Below are positions 31,501 to 41,970 of a stretch of 64,000 bases of DNA, one piece after another. Within the stretch, counting starts at the first letter, position 1, and each line of letters opens with the position of its first letter. Made by a program: the position numbers and the translations under genes. The DNA is from an uncultured Hormoscilla sp. GTDB taxonomy: Bacteria; Cyanobacteriota; Cyanobacteriia; Cyanobacteriales; Desertifilaceae. The stretch lies in assembly GCA_963921275.4 (NCBI GenBank), contig OZ001293.3, positions 6,048,001 to 6,112,000 on the forward strand, read 5' to 3'. The notes under the pieces were generated by a model. It saw only the letters and a program-made list of their open reading frames with translations. It searched no databases and had not been told where the DNA came from.

Positions 31501-32375
31501 CTCTTACCGATATAGTTCTTAGCAGCAGCAGCATTGATTCTAACTCTCCATTGGGTGCAGTTGTGGGGACTTTCTCTACTACCGACCCCGACGATGGAGA
31601 TAGCTTTACCTACATGCTTGTCTCCGGCAACAACGCCTTCACTATAGTAGGGGACTCACTGCTAACTAACAGTTCTTTGGACTTTGAGACTCAGTCGAGT
31701 TACAGCATCCGCGTTCAGACTACCGACTCTGCTAATAACACTTTCTCGGAGGTCTTGACTATTAATGTCAACTCAGTTGCAGAAAACTCCTCTCCTACCG
31801 ATATAGTTCTTAACAGCAGCAGCATTGATTCTAACTCTCCATTGGGTGCAGTTGTGGGGACTTTTTCCACTACCGACCCCGACGATGGAGATAGCTTTAC
31901 TTACCAGTTAGTCTCCGGCAACAACGCCTTCACCATAGTAGGGGACCAACTGCTAATTAACAGTTCGGAGGACTTTGAGACTCGATCGAGTTACAGCATC
32001 CGCGTTCAGACTACTGACGTTACTGGGGCCAGTTACTCGGAGGCTTTGATTATTAATGTGAACGATGTTGCTGAATCTCCTACCGACCTCAACTTCAGCA
32101 ATACTCAATGGCCCCTAACCCTCAACCCCCAACTCCTAACTCGATCGCGTAGCGTGCGCGCTGGACGCGATCGCGCTAGCAGGAGGTTTGAGTTCCGATT
32201 TTTCCGGAACGGTAGATTTGGCGATCGTCTCTCAGGGCCTCGATACCTGGATTAACTTTGAAGGGGAAACCCTGCAGGGGATTTCAAAGATTTACGTGAG
32301 CGATCAGAAGGGCACTCCTCTCCTACCGACCTAGAGTTCAGCAACAGCAGCATTGTCGTATTCGTGGGGACTTTC
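28581..32375 (+). pseudogene. Large surface adhesin: Gly-rich beta-helix-like N-terminus + about 9 cadherin repeats; fragmented
   Basis: Repeats PTDI.LS.SSIDENS..G..VGTFSTTDPD...LDFET.SSYSIRVQTTD; frameshifts near 29240 and 30198 (GACTTTG duplication); insertion near 32104-32314. Confidence 0.88.
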
Positions 32376-32391
32376 TGGCGGGTTTCTTAAT

Positions 32392-32978
32392 TCAAATTGG
32401 CAACTTCATCTCGCGAATGGAATAATCCAACAATTCCATCGGATGCATCAGCGTCATTTCCTTTCCTTGCAAATGCTTCTTAATTTGCAAGGAACAACCG
32501 GGGTTAGCAGAAGCTATTAACTCCGCACCCGTATTCAACAAATTTTTCACCTTTTGCTGTCCCAATTCATCGGCCACTTCTGGTTGCAGCATATTATAAA
32601 CCCCCGCACTGCCACAGCACAAGGCTGCATCTAGGGGTTCCCGCAGCTTGACTCCCGGAATTTGCTGCAATAGCTGACGCGGTTGCACACTAATCTTTTG
32701 TCCGTGCAATAAATGACAAGCATCTTGATATACTATTGTTAACTCTCCATCCTGCAATGGTGAAAGTTGCGCCGTCAATCCTACCTCTGCCAAAAACTCT
32801 TGCACGTCCCTGACTTTACTGACAAATGCTTTCGCTTTTTCCCTATAATTGGGGTCATCTGCCAGCATATGTCCGTATTCTTTCAGGGTATGACCGCAAC
32901 CTGCGGCATTAATGATTATATAATCTACTCCCGTCCCGGCAAAGCTGTCAATCATCTGTCTGGCCAAAGCTTGCGCCT
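32392..32978 (-). pseudogene. glcF: Glycolate oxidase iron-sulfur subunit, C-terminal half only
   Basis: NAAGCGHTLKEY, YQDACHL, CCGSAGVYN, ANPGC; 5' part replaced at 32979 by a repeat end. Confidence 0.85.
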
Positions 32979-33094
32979 GTATGGTCAAAACCCGTTGGTA
33001 CACGGCTGGCGCCGCGCTGCGCGATCGGCCTCGCCTTCTGTGTCCCCGGTGAGGTTTCTTTTGGGTTTAAAACCTCTCCGTCGGGGTTTTAAAC

Positions 33095-33179
33095 GGGTGT
33101 GGTCTTGCGCCCGTTCGCAACCGTTCACCGTTCTTTGTGAAGAGTTCCCCACTAATACAACTACTTTTGACCACATCCC
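33095..33179. mobile_element. MITE-like element with GGGTGTGGTC / GACCACATCCC ends
   Basis: Shares 21 nt with the 28269 element. Confidence 0.55.
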
Positions 33180-33246
33180 GCGGCACGGCCAAAGCGATCG
33201 CAGCCATCACTTAAGTTGCCTTTAAAGCACACAAGGAGCTGATATT

Positions 33247-34191
33247 ATGAATCCAGGTCTTCAAAAATGGCACCAACACTACCAACCGATGATCGATTCT
33301 GGAACGATTCGCCCGGGCAACGAACCGAGAATTATAATACAGGAGAGCGAAGCAATCGTAGAGAATGCGGTGGTTTTAGTACATGGCTTAAGCGACTCTC
33401 CTTATTTTATGCAAGCGATCGGCAACAAATTCTACGATCTGGGGTTTAACGTGCTGATGCCTTTGATGCCCGGACATGGCATCAACTCATCTGAAGAGGC
33501 TGAGAAAAAAATGGATAACCTGGATATCAAGGATTGGTTTGCTGAAGTTGCCTTTGCTGTCGCTTGTGCCCGAGACCTGGGCCAGAAAGTCTCTATTGGC
33601 GGCCTATCCAATGGCGGACTGCTCAGCACCTATCATACCATTGTTGCTCCCCAGGAGATAACCGGAGGACTCTTTTTATTTTCCGCTGCCCTCGATATTG
33701 GCGATATTAAAGAAAATCTCCTCCGCGCCGATAATTTCCTGGTTTCCTTTGTACTGGAAACTGCGGAAAATATCCAAGAATCTGAAAGAGGACCGCTGGT
33801 CAACAACGAACTCAATCCCTATCGATATTCCTGGATTCCCATGAATGGTAACGTTCAACTCTCTGACTGTATTAAGGAAATCGAGAATTACTACGATCGC
33901 CATAATCAACCCAAATATAGCGATATCGAGCAGCCCGTCTTTGCTGCTCATTCTGAAAGTGACAAAGCTGCCAGCATTGCCGAAATTGAACTCTTGATCC
34001 GGAATCATCCTCAAAGCGAAACCAAAACCGAATTCTTTAGAATGAAGGAAAAATTCAACGTTCCCCATGCTAGCGTTGTTCTGGCCGAAAACCTCTATTC
34101 CCCCATGGGCGAACCTCAAGAAGGAAAAAATATCTTTTTTGACGACATGATGCAAGCAATGGAGCGGTTTATCGAAAAACATCTGCGATAA
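33247..34191 (+). CDS. Alpha/beta hydrolase (esterase/lipase)
   Basis: VHGLSDSP, PGHG, GLSNG nucleophile elbow, HSESD, VPH. Confidence 0.85.
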   Translation: MNPGLQKWHQHYQPMIDSGTIRPGNEPRIIIQESEAIVENAVVLVHGLSDSPYFMQAIGNKFYDLGFNVLMPLMPGHGINSSEEAEKKMDNLDIKDWFAEVAFAVACARDLGQKVSIGGLSNGGLLSTYHTIVAPQEITGGLFLFSAALDIGDIKENLLRADNFLVSFVLETAENIQESERGPLVNNELNPYRYSWIPMNGNVQLSDCIKEIENYYDRHNQPKYSDIEQPVFAAHSESDKAASIAEIELLIRNHPQSETKTEFFRMKEKFNVPHASVVLAENLYSPMGEPQEGKNIFFDDMMQAMERFIEKHLR

Positions 34192-34394
34192 GCAATTCCA
34201 AGTGCAAAATTGTCAATTTTGCATTTGGAAACCAGATTTTTTTGTCAAAACCTGGTTTATAGACGAGTAGTGAATCTGGCCGCAGCTAACATTTCGATGC
34301 ACCCAACGTAAGTTCTCGGTTCGGAGTTCTCGGTTCGGAGTTAGGGTGTATCTAGACTACTTGTCCGATTATTTACTTGGACTTCCCTACTAAT

Positions 34395-34898
34395 TCAACA
34401 AATGCTCGATCGCACCCCAATTACATCGTAGCGCACGTAATTCCCAAATTTTGTATTATTTGCCAAAATTAACTCAGTGATTTCAATCTCGTTAGCAGCG
34501 AGTTTGTTGCGGTCTTCTTCTTCAGGAAAGCAGCAGGAGAAAAAAACACGATGTAGCGTAAATCTTTCGGCCATTCCGAAATGTTTGATCGTCTGGGACA
34601 CAAAATCTAGATTACTGCGCCGATCGCGGACATCGAATTGTCGCAAACAAAGCAGGTTTTGAGCGAGCGCGGGCAGATGGGCATCAATGCAGACAATTTC
34701 TGCTTGGGGCGCGTAGAGTCCCAATACCGCTGAGGAAACGCCCACAAAAGTGCCAATTTCCAGAATGCTGCGAGGATTTTCTGCCTCTACTATGTTAACG
34801 ATCTCTTGGGCATCTTCAATTTTGATGGAGGCATTTTCTACAAATGCCCGATCGAGTCCTGGCTGAGTCAAAAAATCTATTGCTTGGGCGCGGGCCAA
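34395..34898 (-). pseudogene. Class I SAM methyltransferase fragment (Methyltransf_24-like)
   Basis: ILEIGTFVGVSS motif; both ends look damaged. Confidence 0.6.
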
Positions 34899-34930
34899 CT
34901 AGCAGCGAGATCATCACTCCTCCTCGTTCT

Positions 34931-35683
34931 TTAAACTGTCAATAAGTGTAATAACAAAGTTTCCGTCCACTCCACAACAGCACCGTAGCTGTCCCCCGTA
35001 TGTCCTCCCAATTTGTGATTAAACCAGGCCCCGACCAGAAAGGCGATCGCCCCTGCTTCCAGCGCTATCCCTATTGCTTCGGATAGCTTTTCGGGTGCCA
35101 CGATCGCCTGCAGGCTGGTTAAACCCAGCAGCAAAACCAACATGGGGACGACATCCCCAACGGAACGAATTGCTTCTTTGTGAAAGGCGCCTTTACCCGT
35201 AGGTTTGAGGTAGGGATAGCGCAGAATTGCCAGCATCTGTCCCCAACGTCCCCAACCCGCGACCATTATTAATGCCAACCAGCGATCAGTCTCTATTTCC
35301 GTTAATGCGGCTGTTTTCAACAGGAGGATGCTAGCGCAGGCGATCGCTCCAAATGCTCCCGTGGCACTATCTGCCATCACCTGCAGACGCCGTCGGGGAT
35401 CTGTTAGCGCCAACCCATCTGCCGTATCCATCGCCCCATCCAAGTGCAGTCCTCCCGTTATCCCCACCCAGGCCACCACCACCAAAGCGCTACGACTCAA
35501 GACAGGCATTCCCAACATTGCTAAAAGCCCATCCAAAATGGCTAGTAAGCCACCAATTAATAGCCCGATCGCCGGGGCTAATTTTGCCACTCCCTGGAAT
35601 TCCAACGCCCAAGAACCTGGCACTGGCAGACAAGTATAGAAGGAGATCGCAGCTGCGATCGAGGTAATAAGCTTTGTCGCCAA
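34931..35683 (-). CDS. cobS: Adenosylcobinamide-GDP ribazoletransferase
   Basis: [26 protein letters not shown]. Confidence 0.95.
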   Translation of the reverse strand: MATKLITSIAAAISFYTCLPVPGSWALEFQGVAKLAPAIGLLIGGLLAILDGLLAMLGMPVLSRSALVVVAWVGITGGLHLDGAMDTADGLALTDPRRRLQVMADSATGAFGAIACASILLLKTAALTEIETDRWLALIMVAGWGRWGQMLAILRYPYLKPTGKGAFHKEAIRSVGDVVPMLVLLLGLTSLQAIVAPEKLSEAIGIALEAGAIAFLVGAWFNHKLGGHTGDSYGAVVEWTETLLLHLLTV

Positions 35684-35797
35684 AATTGACCCTCCAAATG
35701 TTAGTTATCAGATTTGTCATCAGCAAGCTTTGGGAGCAGATTTAAATGAATAAGATTATAAGCTGAAGAGGTCCGATGTAGCAGAAAAATAGGAGAT

Positions 35798-37183
35798 ATG
35801 TCACAAATACTGAGGCAGGGTGTCACGATCGCAGGAGTGGCCACAGCAGTTGTCCCGGAACAGGGTAGTATAGGCATTGTGCGGGTGTCCGGACCAGAGG
35901 CGATCGCCATTGCCCGCACCCTCTTCCAAGCATCGGGAAAACAAGCTTGGGAAACTCACCGCATCCTCTATGGTTACCTGCGCCATCCCCAGACGAGACA
36001 GCTGGTAGACGAAGCCTTGTTACTAATTATGAAGGCTCCAAGATCCTATACCCGGGAAGATGTGATCGAATTCCACTGTCACGGTGGCATGATAGTGGTA
36101 CAGCAAGTCTTGCAACTGTGTTTAGAACAGGGGGCCCAACTGGCGCAACCGGGAGAATTCACCCTGAGAGCATTTTTGCACGGACGCCTGGATTTAACTC
36201 AAGCCGAGAGTATAGCTGACTTAGTGGGGGCCCGATCGCCCGAGGCGGCCCAAAGAGCTTTAGCTGGTAGCATGGGTAAATTAGCCCAACCCATCCGGAA
36301 ATTACGGAGTCGCTGTTTGGATATTCTCGCTCAAATAGAAGCCCGGATAGATTTTGACGAAGATTTACCGCCCTTGGATGAAGCAGCGGTAATTGCTAGC
36401 ATTGAGGAGATGGTAGCAGAGTTAACCGATATTCTCGCAACAGCAGATCGAGGGGAATTATTGCGCAAAGGGCTCAAGGTTGCTATTGTCGGACGCCCCA
36501 ACGTGGGAAAATCTAGTTTGTTGAATGCTTGGAGTCGGAGCGATCGGGCGATCGTCACCGACTTGCCCGGTACTACCCGGGATGTGGTAGAATCTCAGCT
36601 AGTAGTGCGGGGAATTCCCGTCCAAGTGCTGGATACAGCCGGTATCAGGGATACAGCCGATCGGGTGGAGAAAATCGGCGTGGAACGAGCGTGCATCGCC
36701 GCCAAAACAGCCGATCTAGTCTTGCTCACCATAGACGCGGAAGCGGGATGGACGCCAGGGGATGAGGTAGTTTACTCCCAGGTAGGCGATCGACCCTTAA
36801 TTCTGGTCATCAACAAAATTGACCTGGTAGAAACAATTGATAAATTATCCTACCCCAAGACTATTACTCGCGCAGTAGCCACCGCCGCCACCCAGAATCA
36901 GGGAATTGCCGATTTAGAACAAGCGATCTCGGAAGCTGTTAATGCTGGTAATATCAAAGCAGCTAACTTAGATTTCACCATTAATCAACGCCAAGAAGCT
37001 GCCTTGAATAAAGGTAAAACTTCCTTGCAACAAGTCAAAGCTACCATAGCAGAGCAATTACCGCTAGATTTTTGGACCATTGACTTACGAGGGGCAATTC
37101 ACGCCCTCTCAGAAGTGACCGGTGAAGAAGTAACTGAATCTATGCTCGATCGCATCTTTAGTCGGTTTTGTATTGGCAAATAG
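35798..37183 (+). CDS. mnmE: tRNA modification GTPase
   Basis: [24 protein letters not shown], terminal FCIGK. Confidence 0.97.
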   Translation: MSQILRQGVTIAGVATAVVPEQGSIGIVRVSGPEAIAIARTLFQASGKQAWETHRILYGYLRHPQTRQLVDEALLLIMKAPRSYTREDVIEFHCHGGMIVVQQVLQLCLEQGAQLAQPGEFTLRAFLHGRLDLTQAESIADLVGARSPEAAQRALAGSMGKLAQPIRKLRSRCLDILAQIEARIDFDEDLPPLDEAAVIASIEEMVAELTDILATADRGELLRKGLKVAIVGRPNVGKSSLLNAWSRSDRAIVTDLPGTTRDVVESQLVVRGIPVQVLDTAGIRDTADRVEKIGVERACIAAKTADLVLLTIDAEAGWTPGDEVVYSQVGDRPLILVINKIDLVETIDKLSYPKTITRAVATAATQNQGIADLEQAISEAVNAGNIKAANLDFTINQRQEAALNKGKTSLQQVKATIAEQLPLDFWTIDLRGAIHALSEVTGEEVTESMLDRIFSRFCIGK

Positions 37184-37234
37184 CTCCCTGACCTTAGCTA
37201 TCATTGTACTACTCGCTGGTGATGAGGCAGGCTC

Positions 37235-37879
37235 GTGAACAAGCAACGATCGATTAAAGTTAGTGAATCCCCTGATAATCAATCGATCACAAAGAAATAT
37301 GAAAAATACAGCGTCACGGGATTTTATCAGCACTTTGGGGATGATTACAGGAATCCTCACGAACCTGCGATTAACAGGATGATTCAAGTTGCTGTCCAGA
37401 AATGGCCCCTGGATTTGCATAAGGTATTAGACTTAGCTTGTGGCAGCGGGGAAGTTACTTTAGCCCTAAATAATTTGGGATATGATAACATAGATGGCAT
37501 CGATCCATATACATATAATGCTTATAGCCAACGCACGGGGAAAGCAGCAGAAACATACAGTTTTGAAGATATTGGCAATGGAATACTCTGGGGGAGATAT
37601 TATAGTTTAATTATTTGTAGCTTTGCTTTGCATTTGCTGAGTGAATCCCGTCTGCCTATAGTAGCATATCACCTGAGTACGATCGCCGATTCTCTAGTGA
37701 TTATCACCCCTCACAAGCGCCCTCACTTGAAACCGGAATGGGGATGGCAGTACCGGGATGAACTGGTATTAGACTTCGTTGCGGACCAGTATTTGCATCA
37801 AGTCCATTTTTATCCGTGGCTTATCGTATGCTTGGGATTGAGTTTGGACTTGGGGCGTCTTCTTTGTCACCGGTATTGA
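37235..37879 (+). CDS. Class I SAM-dependent methyltransferase (C-terminus possibly replaced)
   Basis: VLDLACGSGE, CSFALHL. Confidence 0.75.
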   Translation: MNKQRSIKVSESPDNQSITKKYEKYSVTGFYQHFGDDYRNPHEPAINRMIQVAVQKWPLDLHKVLDLACGSGEVTLALNNLGYDNIDGIDPYTYNAYSQRTGKAAETYSFEDIGNGILWGRYYSLIICSFALHLLSESRLPIVAYHLSTIADSLVIITPHKRPHLKPEWGWQYRDELVLDFVADQYLHQVHFYPWLIVCLGLSLDLGRLLCHRY

Positions 37880-38259
37880 CCGAACCGCCGTCCGTTGCAG
37901 TATCCCACTGTTGGTGTTCTTCTCGGGGGACTGGTTGCTTCTCTGAACATATTGACGAGTCATAATTCTGTTCTCCTTTTTTCTATTCTACCTCTTGCAT
38001 CCGTTTCTTACCATGGCAATCGCCCGCTCCTTATTTGTTTTGTGGCCTCTCTATTTTATTTCCTAACGCTATCTTTATTCTTGCATCGTTTTACTGAATT
38101 CCTGTAGACTTTTTCCTAATTTTTTTCCTCTTCCCCGAAGGGGGCAAGGGATTGAGCCGATTTTTTGATCGACTCAATCCTTTGCCAATTAAAGGTTTGA
38201 CTGATTTTTAGCCTATCGTATCAAACCCTGAGGTCTAAGGCATTCTAGCTTCCATTTAA

Positions 38260-38736
38260 CTAGACATAACCAGTGCCAGCGTGAAGATTAAGGGCATAAT
38301 CTCGATAACGTTCCAAATCTGCCTGGAGGGTGGATTCTACAATTTGACCCAGAAATAGGTTATCCATCACTGGACCGAGAATGCCAGGAATAGCGTAAGC
38401 AACGGTTAGCTTCACGATACTGCTGCCGTGACGGTCATAAAAACGCACGGCCCCTCGGTTAGGCAAGCCATTCACTGATTCCCACTGAATAATCTGCTGT
38501 GGCACTACCTTCACTATGCGAGACAACCAACTGAATTGGAAGGCCCCTGAAGCCAGTTTCCATTTGGATAACTCTCGATTCTCCTCTAGTATCTGAACCG
38601 AATCAATCCATTTCATCCAGCGGGGCATCTGTTCTATATCAGACCAGAGGTGCCAGGCTAACTCAATGGGAACCTCTACCTGTATTTGTACAGTATGTTC
38701 TAACCAATCTGCCATCTTGCTAATTGGGCGTTGCAC
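38260..38736 (-). CDS. SRPBCC / polyketide cyclase family protein next to zds (likely start MADWLEH)
   Basis: WSDIEQMPRWM, GLPNRGAVRF. Confidence 0.88.
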   Translation of the reverse strand: MQRPISKMADWLEHTVQIQVEVPIELAWHLWSDIEQMPRWMKWIDSVQILEENRELSKWKLASGAFQFSWLSRIVKVVPQQIIQWESVNGLPNRGAVRFYDRHGSSIVKLTVAYAIPGILGPVMDNLFLGQIVESTLQADLERYRDYALNLHAGTGYV

Positions 38737-38912
38737 AACAACGGGATGATAAGGGTTGAAAATTGTTAATTGTCAATGGTCAATTGAAATAGTTATAGAT
38801 GTTCATAAATAGAAAAATAACCCCTTGGCAATTTTCCTCGTTCCCTGGGGACCGCCTGGGAACGGAAATTCAAGACCATTGACTGCTATCATGCCAAAAA
38901 TGTGCAACGCCG

Positions 38913-40352
38913 CTAATTGTTTATTGCTGCTAAAATTGCTTTTGCAGCTTGACGTCCGGAGAGAGTAGCACCTTCCATGCTGTCGATGTAGTCTTGCTGG
39001 GTGTAGCTACCGGCCAGGAAAAAGTTAGCTACTGGGGTTTGCTGCGGTGGCCGATAGGGATCCATGCCAGGAGCTTCCCGGTAAAGAGATTGAGCAAGCT
39101 TGACTACACTATACCAAGTCATGTTTAATTCCCGTGCGGAAGGGAATAGATCCTGGACTTGCTCGAGCACATGCTGGGCGATCACCTCATTACTCTGTTT
39201 GATAAACGGATCTCCGGGCGTCAAGACTAGCTGCAACAGAGAACCTTGCCCCGGACGATAATAATCTTTGGGGCTAGCTAAGGCCAAGTCCGCAAAACAG
39301 GAGAAGTCCGCATCCGGAGTATAAAGCAAATTATCCATGCCTGCGGCCTCGCGAAGTTGCTGGCGCTTTTCGGCGTCATGCAACTCCGTCACCCAACCAT
39401 CAAACCTCAGCTGTACTGTGGCGACTGGCACCGTGTCTAGTTTATAGATCCGATCGAAGGAAGGCCATTTGCGCCATTCTGAGGGTAAAAGTCGCTGAGT
39501 GCCGGGGACATCCCCCGCACAGACATAAGCATCAGCAGTTATAGTTTCTTTTGTCTCCCCTCGCGCAACCACGATCCCAGTTACCGAAGTCCGTCCTTCC
39601 TCTTCAGCAAACAGAATTTCCCGGACCCGGCGGCGGGTGTAGATTTTCGTGCCTCGCGCTTCCAGATAGTTCAATATCGGTTTGTGCAGGTATTCATCGG
39701 GGGAACCTGCCAGCATCCGCAAGACCGACGCTTCGCTTTTTGCCGCAAATAGCTGGAAGATCGTCAGCATGCAACGGGCCGAAATATTTTCCGTGTCGAT
39801 GAAACCCAGCGCATAGGCGATCGGGTTCCACATCCGCTTCAGGCTACCGGACGATCCTCCTTGCTTGCGGAACCAGTCAGCAAAGCTGAGGCGATCCAAA
39901 TCCCGGATCGTTTTCATCGCTCCAGTAAAGTCTACCAAACCCCGCACGATCGGGCTAGTCCCCAGAGCGATCGCATTTTGCAGCTTGTCGAGTAATGACA
40001 GCTGAGACGTGGTAAAAAATGCCTTAAGTCCGTTAAAAGGCGCACCTGTAAAGAAGCGAAAATCCAATGCGCCTATCTTACCTCCCCGGTTAACGAAGGT
40101 ATGGATATGTTCTTTCAGAAGCAGATTTTCCAATGCCCCCACCTTCTGCATCAGATCGAATAGCTGATAGTAGCAACCGAAGAATACATGTAAACCCATT
40201 TCCACATGGTTCCCCGACTCATCAACCCAGCTACCTACCTTCCCCCCCACAAAGGGACGAGATTCAAATATTTCCACTTCATGGCCGGCATCTGCTAATT
40301 CTACCGCCGTCGCCATGCCTGCTAGTCCTGCCCCTACTATTGCCACCCGCAT
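38913..40352 (-). CDS. zds: 9,9'-di-cis-zeta-carotene desaturase (CrtQ)
   Basis: [29 protein letters not shown]. Confidence 0.95.
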   Translation of the reverse strand: MRVAIVGAGLAGMATAVELADAGHEVEIFESRPFVGGKVGSWVDESGNHVEMGLHVFFGCYYQLFDLMQKVGALENLLLKEHIHTFVNRGGKIGALDFRFFTGAPFNGLKAFFTTSQLSLLDKLQNAIALGTSPIVRGLVDFTGAMKTIRDLDRLSFADWFRKQGGSSGSLKRMWNPIAYALGFIDTENISARCMLTIFQLFAAKSEASVLRMLAGSPDEYLHKPILNYLEARGTKIYTRRRVREILFAEEEGRTSVTGIVVARGETKETITADAYVCAGDVPGTQRLLPSEWRKWPSFDRIYKLDTVPVATVQLRFDGWVTELHDAEKRQQLREAAGMDNLLYTPDADFSCFADLALASPKDYYRPGQGSLLQLVLTPGDPFIKQSNEVIAQHVLEQVQDLFPSARELNMTWYSVVKLAQSLYREAPGMDPYRPPQQTPVANFFLAGSYTQQDYIDSMEGATLSGRQAAKAILAAINN

Positions 40353-40487
40353 GTTCTTTTTCCCTATCTATTTCCTTGCTTATATTCTGACATCTGCTCA
40401 GCCCTAGCACTGCTTGCGCTTTTTCTCAAGAAATTTATTTTCATTCTTTTCCGCCTCCCAAAGCGCCTATCATACCCTTCCTAGGGT

Positions 40488-40611
40488 ATATAGCAAGCCG
40501 TGCAGGAGTTGTGCAACTGAGTTAATTTAAATGAAATCCTTACAAGGATTGCGGTTTCCGCCGCGTTCGCCCCTGCCGAAAATTTACACAAATGATTTAG
40601 GTTCGCTATAT
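40488..40611. mobile_element. IS630-type MITE (TATAGC ends)
   Basis: TATAGCAAGCC...ATGATTTAGGTTCGCTATA. Confidence 0.5.
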
Positions 40612-40615
40612 TATT

Positions 40616-40981
40616 TCAGGCAATTACCATTGCCATTTGTATTCCCCTTTTAATTCTCTCTAGATACTGCCTACTTATTTTACCGTATGGACCGCGTTCC
40701 AGATAGATTTTGCGCAAGGCCGAAACATTTTCACATACAGCAAGGGAATCTGTTTCCAATCCACCCTCTCCTGCGGCAATTAGAATGCGTGTGGGATTTT
40801 CGCCGCCAGCGATCTCACTTGTGAAAGGAACAACTATAACAGAGTCGCTCAACTCATCTCTGGTATTCATAGAAACCACAACTACCGGGCGTTTTTTGGT
40901 GTCATCCAGCTGACGTAATGCTCTCGATAGGTAGATTTCACCTTGGCGTGGATAGCTTCCACTTGTTTGATTAGAGTCCAT
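40616..40981 (-). CDS. PemK/MazF family toxin
   Basis: PRQGEIY, KKRPVVVVS, VIVVPFTS, GGLETDSLAVCE. Confidence 0.88.
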   Translation of the reverse strand: MDSNQTSGSYPRQGEIYLSRALRQLDDTKKRPVVVVSMNTRDELSDSVIVVPFTSEIAGGENPTRILIAAGEGGLETDSLAVCENVSALRKIYLERGPYGKISRQYLERIKRGIQMAMVIA

Positions 40982-41219
40982 CAGCGTTCCACACTTCTTC
41001 TATCTGATCTTCTACAAACTCTAACCACTCTTGTTCATCTTCAATGTCTGACTTCGGACGATTTTCGTAAAATGAACGCACTTGTTCTTCTATTTGTTTA
41101 ACATACTACAACTGCAATCCTGCTTCGAACGCCTGAGTCCGGTTATCTGTGATTTGGTCGATTTTCTTTAGAATTTCCCTATCAACCTTGACTGATATTT
41201 GTTCTTTTTCGGTTAGCAT
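40971..41219 (-). pseudogene. RHH/CopG-type antitoxin with an internal TAG at 41106-41108
   Basis: MLTEKEQISVKVDREILKKIDQITDNRTQAFEAGLQL*YVKQIEEQVRSFYEN...EEVWNADGL*; overlaps the toxin start. Confidence 0.75.
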
Positions 41220-41363
41220 GGCACCTTGTTTCATCTTCTCTTCTACATCCTCTCCTCTAATGACTAGCGTTCCACTGGCAATATCTTTCCGATCGCCCTC
41301 AAAGCTGGCTATCTTTTTCCCCACCATACCCTGCACGGCCCGAAACTGGCCCATTTTGTTCTC

Positions 41364-41690
41364 TTAAATCCTTTTTCTCAGGTTTTTGACTAAGTTAGGA
41401 TAAAGTTTAGTTAATGTTTCCTGTTTCGGCTCATCTTCTACCAGTGAATCTTCGCTTGCTGATATTTCCGTCACTACCGCATCTGTGATATCTGGATAAT
41501 ATGCGCACCAATTGCTAATTGCATCCGCCACTTCCTGATTTGACGCCTTTTTTAAATCTGCCATCAGATCATCCAGTTCCCCTATCGCTTCAACCACCTC
41601 AACCTCTTCAAATAATTCTGGTTGCCATTCAAATACTCGCAGAAACGCTGCAATAAATTCTTCATCTTCTGTCATTGCTAACTTCTCCAT
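41364..41690 (-). CDS. Hypothetical acidic protein
   Basis: 108-aa ORF with GAGG RBS. Confidence 0.55.
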   Translation of the reverse strand: MEKLAMTEDEEFIAAFLRVFEWQPELFEEVEVVEAIGELDDLMADLKKASNQEVADAISNWCAYYPDITDAVVTEISASEDSLVEDEPKQETLTKLYPNLVKNLRKRI

Positions 41691-41751
41691 TTTTCCTCAT
41701 GGTTGTTTTCAGTATTTCCTGGTTTGGAGCCTGTTCATAGCATTCTCTAAT

Positions 41752-41852
41752 TATAGCATTTCTCGAAATTATGAGGTACAGCCGCCAGTGATGAAAACCA
41801 GTGATGGCAATGCTTTCACTGTACCTCACCTTATTTATTGAAAAATGCTATA
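41752..41852. mobile_element. IS630-type MITE
   Basis: TATAGCATTT...TGAGGTACAG / CTGTACCTCA...AAATGCTATA inverted ends. Confidence 0.65.
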
Positions 41853-41970
41853 TTTTTGCTCTCATATCACCTGCTCTAGGGCCTACTGACAACTCACTAC
41901 TCACTACTGACAAGCTCCCCTGTAGTCATCAGTTGTTATTATAGCATAACTAACAACTAGCAACCACAGA

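Noticed and set aside
37769..37963. 64-aa ORF resembling N-terminal leaders (SGILQR.AVR) of larger cyanobacterial proteins
   Set aside because: Probably a truncated remnant; no downstream domain supports a call
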